Shown here in pieces: positions 8,528-12,782 of a stretch of 12,782 bases of DNA; within the stretch, counting starts at the first letter, position 1; each line of letters starts with the position of its first letter. Made by a program: the position numbers and the translations under genes. Below the pieces are notes generated by a model that was not told where the DNA came from, made no database searches, and saw nothing but the letters and a program-made list of their open reading frames with translations. The stretch is from a bacterium. Lineage in GTDB: Bacteria; Zhuqueibacterota; Zhuqueibacteria; Oceanimicrobiales; Oceanimicrobiaceae. Where the stretch lies: NCBI GenBank assembly GCA_046757025.1, contig JBHHXN010000150.1, forward strand, positions 1 to 12,782. Direction: 5' to 3'.

Positions 8528-8898
8528 CTGCTTGATCATTAATTGAAGTAAGTGCTGACCAATATGAGGTCTTGATGTTGCTATTTCAGCAGATTATGTC
8601 TGTTGTATAATCTTTCTGCTGCAAACTCATATTGCAAAAAAATAAATATCCATTAGGAAAAAGTTGAATTAAGTCTCAATATCAGAATTCATGGTTAACA
8701 AATCAAGTAAATTCTATTTTTCCTGAGAGAATTTACTGAGCCGCGTTGCGTTGTATATGCTATTCCGGCTTTGCCGGAAGAATTGCAAAATTTGCTCTAA
8801 TGAAATTTGGCCGAGCGTATGGAATCGCACCTGAGTGCATATGGAGATGGAGTGGTGCCCACAAAATAGATGTGAATTGTGGCAACTGTACAAAAGTT

Positions 8899-8927
8899 TT
8901 GCATTGCATTTTAAAAATGCTTAATTT
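8899..8927 (+). promoter_or_regulatory. Putative promoter of the sirtuin operon with a palindrome in the spacer
   Basis: TTGCAT (8899-8904), 17-bp spacer, TAATTT (8922-8927). The spacer contains the perfect dyad GCATTTT-A-AAAATGC (8906-8920). Confidence 0.45.
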
Positions 8928-8961
8928 AGGCTGTTTAAAATCAACTCAATACAGGAAAAGA

Positions 8962-9729
8962 ATGAGGATGACAACAAACTTACAATTCGTTGAGCTGTTG
9001 CGGACGCACAACGAAATTCTCATTTTCACTGGCGCCGGTATTTCTACCGGCAGCGGTATTCCGGATTACCGCGGTCCGCAGGGCGTTTGGAAGACCCGGC
9101 AGCCGGTCTATTATCAGGATTTTATGAGCTCGGAAGCGGCCAGAATCGAATACTGGCATCAGAAATGGCAGGGCTGGGAAGAGTTCAAGAAGGCGCAACC
9201 CAATGCGGTGCATTGCGCGGTGGCTGAGCTTGAAAAAGCCGGGAAAGTTTGCATGGTGGTGACCCAAAACATCGACGGTTTGCATGCCCGGGCTGGCACC
9301 ACCACCGAGAAATTGGTGGAGCTGCACGGCACCAATCTGGCCACCGAGTGTCAAACCTGTCACGAACGAAGCGATCCCGATGCGCATTTTAAGAATTTTG
9401 CGGAAACCGGCCGGGCGCCAGTCTGCCATTGCGGCGGCTACCTTAAACCGGCCACCATCAGTTTCGGCCAGAATTTGCGTGATGAAGATTTGCGCCGGGC
9501 GAGTCAGGCTGCGGAGCGCACTGATATGGTGGTGGCGCTGGGGTCCACACTGTCTGTACATCCTGCCGCTTCCATTCCGCTCATGGCTGCCAGCAAAGGC
9601 GTGCCGTACGTTATCATCAATCGCGGCGTAACCGATCAGGACCATCATCCGGCGGTGAGCTTGCGGCTTGAAGGAGATGTGGTGGAGCTGTTTCCACTGG
9701 CGGTGGCTGCAGCTTTACAAGAACAGTAA
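8962..9729 (+). CDS. cobB: NAD-dependent protein deacylase (Sir2/CobB family)
   Basis: 'FTGAGISTGSGIPDYRG', 'TQNIDGLH', 'ELHG', Zn ligands CQTC...CHC, 'LGSTL.V.PAA', 'IINR'. The start is ATG 8962 or 8968 after AGGA; the ORF-track extension from 8746 is not sirtuin-like. Confidence 0.93.
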   Translation: MRMTTNLQFVELLRTHNEILIFTGAGISTGSGIPDYRGPQGVWKTRQPVYYQDFMSSEAARIEYWHQKWQGWEEFKKAQPNAVHCAVAELEKAGKVCMVVTQNIDGLHARAGTTTEKLVELHGTNLATECQTCHERSDPDAHFKNFAETGRAPVCHCGGYLKPATISFGQNLRDEDLRRASQAAERTDMVVALGSTLSVHPAASIPLMAASKGVPYVIINRGVTDQDHHPAVSLRLEGDVVELFPLAVAAALQEQ

Positions 9730-9787
9730 AAGCAGGAGAGGAAGCACTGTTGTTTTTAAAATGAAAAGGTAACAAGGTTCGGAAATC

Positions 9788-10237
9788 ATGGAACATTTAA
9801 TCGAACAGGTCAAAAGCATTTTTAACGATCAGATCCCGTTCAACAAACTTCTGGGCATGGAAATCGAAACCCTCAGTTTGGAAACGGCTCGCATCAAAAT
9901 TCAAATGAAAGAAGAGCTCATCGGCAATTTTATGCAGGGTACCTTGCACGGCGGGGTCATCTCGTCGGTGTTGGATGTGATGGGCGGCATCACCGCTTTT
10001 ATGAGTCTGCTTAAAAAAATGACTAACGTTGCCAATGAAGAAAAATTAAAGCGGTTGGCCAAGTTCGGCACCATCGATTTGCGCATCGATTATTTACGGC
10101 CGGGTCGGGGCAAATATTTTATCGCCACCGGTTCGGTGCTGCGCACAGGCAACCGGGTGGCGGTGACGCGCATGGAGCTGCACAACGATAAACAGATTCT
10201 CATCGCCGTGGGCACGGGAACCTATGTGGTGGTTTGA
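9788..10237 (+). CDS. PaaI/YigI-like hotdog acyl-CoA thioesterase
   Basis: 'IPFN.LLG', 'LIGN....LHGGVISSVLD..GG', 'GTIDLRIDYLRPGRG', 'R.GNRVAV.RMELHN', 'A.GTGTY'. Confidence 0.9.
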   Translation: MEHLIEQVKSIFNDQIPFNKLLGMEIETLSLETARIKIQMKEELIGNFMQGTLHGGVISSVLDVMGGITAFMSLLKKMTNVANEEKLKRLAKFGTIDLRIDYLRPGRGKYFIATGSVLRTGNRVAVTRMELHNDKQILIAVGTGTYVVV

Positions 10238-10256
10238 TTAGAGAAAGCAGGTGACA

Positions 10257-10727
10257 ATGATCATCATTTCTGCCATGACCAAAGAACGGCTGATCGGCAA
10301 CGGCAACGGCATGCCGTGGAATGTGCCGGAAGAATTTCGGCAATTCCAGGATTTCATTGCAGGGCAAACCGTCATCATGGGCAGCCGCTCGTACGAGATT
10401 TTCAAGGATCATTTAACCAGTAAACACAATCTCGTAATCAGCCGCAGTCGGCACCAACTAGCGGGCGCCACCGTTTGTGGCAGCATCGAAGAAGCCGTCG
10501 AACAGGCACAACTTTTTGGTCAGACTATTTTCTGTGCGGGCGGCGCGGCGATTTATGAATTGTTTCTGCCGTTTGCACAGTATATGTATCTGTCATTCAT
10601 AAAAGGAAATTACTCGGGAGACACCTATTTCCCGGCGTGGAAGAAGGGGGAATGGGTGGCCACTCAACGCGCTGATCATCCGCAATATGAATTCGTAATT
10701 TACAAAAGAAAGCAGGTTAGCCAATGA
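10257..10727 (+). CDS. folA: Dihydrofolate reductase (divergent active site)
   Basis: 'IG....MPW..PEE...F', 'VIMG', 'NLVISR', 'GGA.IY', 'GDTYFP'. The start is ATG 10257 (or GTG 10251). The stop overlaps the next start (ATGA 10724-10727). Confidence 0.9.
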   Translation: MIIISAMTKERLIGNGNGMPWNVPEEFRQFQDFIAGQTVIMGSRSYEIFKDHLTSKHNLVISRSRHQLAGATVCGSIEEAVEQAQLFGQTIFCAGGAAIYELFLPFAQYMYLSFIKGNYSGDTYFPAWKKGEWVATQRADHPQYEFVIYKRKQVSQ

Positions 10728-11449
10728 AAACGAAACAGGTGTTTTTGTTGATTTGGGTGTGGTTGCTGTTCCGGATATCAGCCTGTGGTCACTCTTCCAC
10801 CGGATCTGAAACGGCGAATGAGAAGAAGCCGAAAATTTTAAACGCCGGCTTTCTCTGCATCGATGGCGTGTACAATTCTGAGCTCATGGCGCCGTACGAC
10901 GTGCTGCAGCATTCGGTGTTTCGTGATTCCAGCAATTACATTCGCTGTTTCATCGTCACACCCGACGGCAAACCGTTCACCACCTTTGAGGGTATCCACA
11001 TCGCGCCGGATTACGCGTTTGCCAACGTTCCGCCCATGGACATTTTGATTATCCCTAGCACGGCGACCAGCATGAACGCGGACATCAAAAACACCCCACT
11101 CATAAAGTGGCTGAAGAAAACCGTGCAAACGGCTTCCTATGTAATCACGGTTTGCGACGGCGCGTTTCCGTTGGCAGCCACCGGCGCCCTGGATAACCGA
11201 CTCGCCACCACCTTTCCCACAGATCGCCAGCGGTTGGCTGAGTTGTACCCCAAAGTGAAGGTGCAGCATGACGTCAATTTAGTGGTGGATGGTAAATATA
11301 TCACCTCGGCCGGCGGCGCTTTGAGTTACCAGCCGGCGCTGTATTTAGTTGAAAAAATCTACTCACCCGAGCACGCCCAGCGCACAGCACAGGGTCTGGT
11401 TTTGGAGTGGGATTTAAAGAAGTTGCCGCACAAGTTGGCAGGTGAATAG
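10724..11449 (+). CDS. DJ-1/PfpI-family protein, predicted lipoprotein
   Basis: Basic N-terminus, hydrophobic stretch and lipobox ISA-C. Conserved Glu ('YNSELMAPYDV'), 'DILIIP', nucleophile elbow 'TVCDGAF', 'LVVDGKYITSAG'. Confidence 0.88.
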   Translation: MKTKQVFLLIWVWLLFRISACGHSSTGSETANEKKPKILNAGFLCIDGVYNSELMAPYDVLQHSVFRDSSNYIRCFIVTPDGKPFTTFEGIHIAPDYAFANVPPMDILIIPSTATSMNADIKNTPLIKWLKKTVQTASYVITVCDGAFPLAATGALDNRLATTFPTDRQRLAELYPKVKVQHDVNLVVDGKYITSAGGALSYQPALYLVEKIYSPEHAQRTAQGLVLEWDLKKLPHKLAGE

Positions 11450-11464
11450 GGTACGAACCAAAAG

Positions 11465-11661
11465 TGTCATTCTGAGGGAGCCCGCGACCGAAGAATCTTT
11501 TCCCACAGAGTCTATTTGTCCAGATCACGATCCCTCTGCACTAATTCACAACTTTTGCATTTTAGCAAATTTGGTTGCATGAGATTCTTCGTCGTGGAAT
11601 TTATCCCTTCTTGAGGTTCAGGGCAGGCTCTGAGCCTCAAGAAGGACTCCTCAGAAAGACA
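11465..11661. repeat. Large TGTC-tagged REP-like palindrome with nested hairpin, between convergent genes
   Basis: TGTCATTCTGAGG (11465-11477) pairs with CCTCAGAAAGACA (11649-11661, 1 mismatch). CGAAGAATCT (11489-11498) pairs with AGATTCTTCG (11582-11591). Inner hairpin CCTTCTTGAGGTTCAG (11606-11621) pairs with CTGAGCCTCAAGAAGG (11630-11645). Confidence 0.85.
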
Positions 11662-11708
11662 AAAAACGGAGTTTTCGTTCAATCACTAAATAGTCTGTTT
11701 ATCTATTT

Positions 11709-12599
11709 CTACCGGTTTGAAACCAGCGTGATTTTTTTACCGTCGGCGCTCACCGCCAGCCGGCTGATGCGCTGCAAACCCGGCTGCTCGAACCGTTTCA
11801 CCTCCACCCAATATTCGTCCTTTTGGGGATGCCATTTGAAAAGCGTGGCGTCTTTTGCCATGAGCAAAGTACCGTCGGGTGTCCAGGTGTGATCCTCGCT
11901 GCCGGGCAGGGTTTTGATCAGCGGGGTAATCTTGCGGGTGTTTATGTCCAACCTTTTCAGCCACGATTCCTTTTCGGAGACTTTTTGCACGAAACTCACG
12001 GCCCGCTGGTTTGGAATTTTCTGCAGGGAGCGGCCGATATTTGCCGCAATTTTTTCGCTTTTACCGCTGCTCACATTCGCCAGCTGCAACGAAGGCGGCC
12101 GCCCTAAAATGAACAAAGCCACCCAATTTTCATCACCCCAGGCGTGGTAGCCCACGGGCTTGATTTCCGGCAAAAGTAAGAACGGGTGACTGCCGTCAAG
12201 CGTGAATTGCCACAAACGCTGGCTGGAATCCGCTTCCACCCGCACCACGGAAAAGTGGTGCCCATCCGGCATGACCGTCGGCGAGTACTCGCTTTCCGCA
12301 GATATCGTTATTTGGGTGGTTGTTGCCTCATCCCAGTTGTAGAGGTAGGTGTCGGCCTGGCCGTCTGCTCTTATGGAAGTATAAAGCAGAGCTGGACTAA
12401 CTGGTAAAAACATGGGCTGGTTGTCGTAACCATCTCGATCAGTGATATTCATCGGTGCCTGCACGGAGATGTTTCCCGAATTTACTGTGAGATCAGCCAG
12501 ATAAATATCGGTGGCGGGTGGGCCGGTCTGGCTGAAGGATGGAGCAGACAATAATAGTACGAACAGGCAAAGAGGCCGCGTTTTTGAAAAATGAGTCAC
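11709..12599 (-). CDS. Secreted TolB-like/PD40 beta-propeller protein
   Basis: GTG at 12599 is preceded by AGAGGA. Signal peptide (KTRPLCLFVLLLSAPSFS), propeller blades 'GYDNQPMF', 'SEYSPT..PDG', 'VGYHAW', 'WTPDG', 'LAVSADGK'. The ORF-track ATG at 12653 lies inside a MITE TIR. Confidence 0.85.
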   Translation of the reverse strand: MTHFSKTRPLCLFVLLLSAPSFSQTGPPATDIYLADLTVNSGNISVQAPMNITDRDGYDNQPMFLPVSPALLYTSIRADGQADTYLYNWDEATTTQITISAESEYSPTVMPDGHHFSVVRVEADSSQRLWQFTLDGSHPFLLLPEIKPVGYHAWGDENWVALFILGRPPSLQLANVSSGKSEKIAANIGRSLQKIPNQRAVSFVQKVSEKESWLKRLDINTRKITPLIKTLPGSEDHTWTPDGTLLMAKDATLFKWHPQKDEYWVEVKRFEQPGLQRISRLAVSADGKKITLVSNR

Positions 12600-12646
12600 G
12601 ATTTGTGTATCCTCTTTTTTTGATTCTAAATTGAATAAATTAAAAG

Positions 12647-12782
12647 TTAACATTTCTCACTTCGTGACGTGATTCACAAACCAACTGTTAATTAAGAGGT
12701 TACTGATTGTTCTACTTTCACCCTGATCCCTTCGACAAGCTCAGGATAAACTGCGTCGAAGGGTGACTAGTTCTGGCTGTAA
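12647..12782. mobile_element. Probable second MITE of the 6315-6525 family; other end outside the window
   Basis: TAACATTTCTCACTTC (12648-12663) is identical to 16 bp of the TIR at 6316-6331, and is followed by a REP-like palindrome as in the first copy. Confidence 0.6.
12718..12766. repeat. REP-like palindrome with nested module
   Basis: TCACCCT (12718-12724) pairs with AGGGTGA (12760-12766), and CCCTTCGAC (12728-12736) pairs with GTCGAAGGG (12755-12763). The inner module is CCCTTCGACAAGCTCAGG-ATAAACT. Confidence 0.7.

Noticed and set aside
8740..8890. Cobalamin riboswitch on the minus strand upstream of the histidine phosphatase (GGTGCGATTCC-like segment, small hairpins)
   Set aside because: It lacks the preceding GGGAA and the downstream ACTG/B12-box elements; only isolated short hairpins such as TTCCGGC-TTT-GCCGGAA are present.
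8746..8961. 72-aa Cys-rich N-terminal extension of the sirtuin in the ORF track
   Set aside because: It has a TTG start without an RBS and overlaps the predicted promoter; an RBS and ATG sit at 8962/8968 just before the sirtuin core.
8962..9729. Sir2 as an anti-phage NADase (Thoeris/DSR-type defence system)
   Set aside because: It is a stand-alone, Zn-binding, CobB-length deacylase with no fused or adjacent TIR, HerA, Argonaute or STAND partner.
6306..12782. CRISPR array, tRNA or rRNA
   Set aside because: The repeats are dispersed and palindromic rather than regularly spaced direct repeats with unique spacers; I saw no cloverleaf or rRNA-like sequence anywhere in the window.

Overview
Bacterial chromosomal window of mostly recognisable housekeeping and accessory genes. 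From left to right: the 3' part of an AT-rich type II toxin-antitoxin pair (addiction-module antitoxin plus RelE/ParE toxin), a complete B12-dependent methionine synthase (metH), an uncharacterised membrane-anchored 9-Cys protein, a MaoC hotdog dehydratase, an EVE-domain protein, endonuclease III (nth) with a non-canonical C-terminal Cys motif, and a histidine phosphatase. These are followed by a probable four-gene operon (sirtuin, YigI-like thioesterase, divergent DHFR, lipoprotein DJ-1/PfpI) and a secreted TolB-like beta-propeller. The unusual content is intergenic. A 211-bp MITE at 6315-6525 has perfect 19-bp TIRs and an exact 8-bp target-site duplication, and a second TIR of the same family starts at about 12647. 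TGTC-tagged REP-like palindromes occur three times, two of them carrying nested mini-hairpin modules. A perfect 22-bp-arm palindrome and several other short palindromic repeat families fill most spacers. No transposase or nuclease that could mobilise them is encoded here. I found no complete novel multi-gene system that I can prove from sequence alone. The best leads are the nested MITE/REP architecture, the Cys-rich protein and the sirtuin-thioesterase-DHFR-DJ-1 cluster. All family assignments come from motif recognition by eye, not from database searches.
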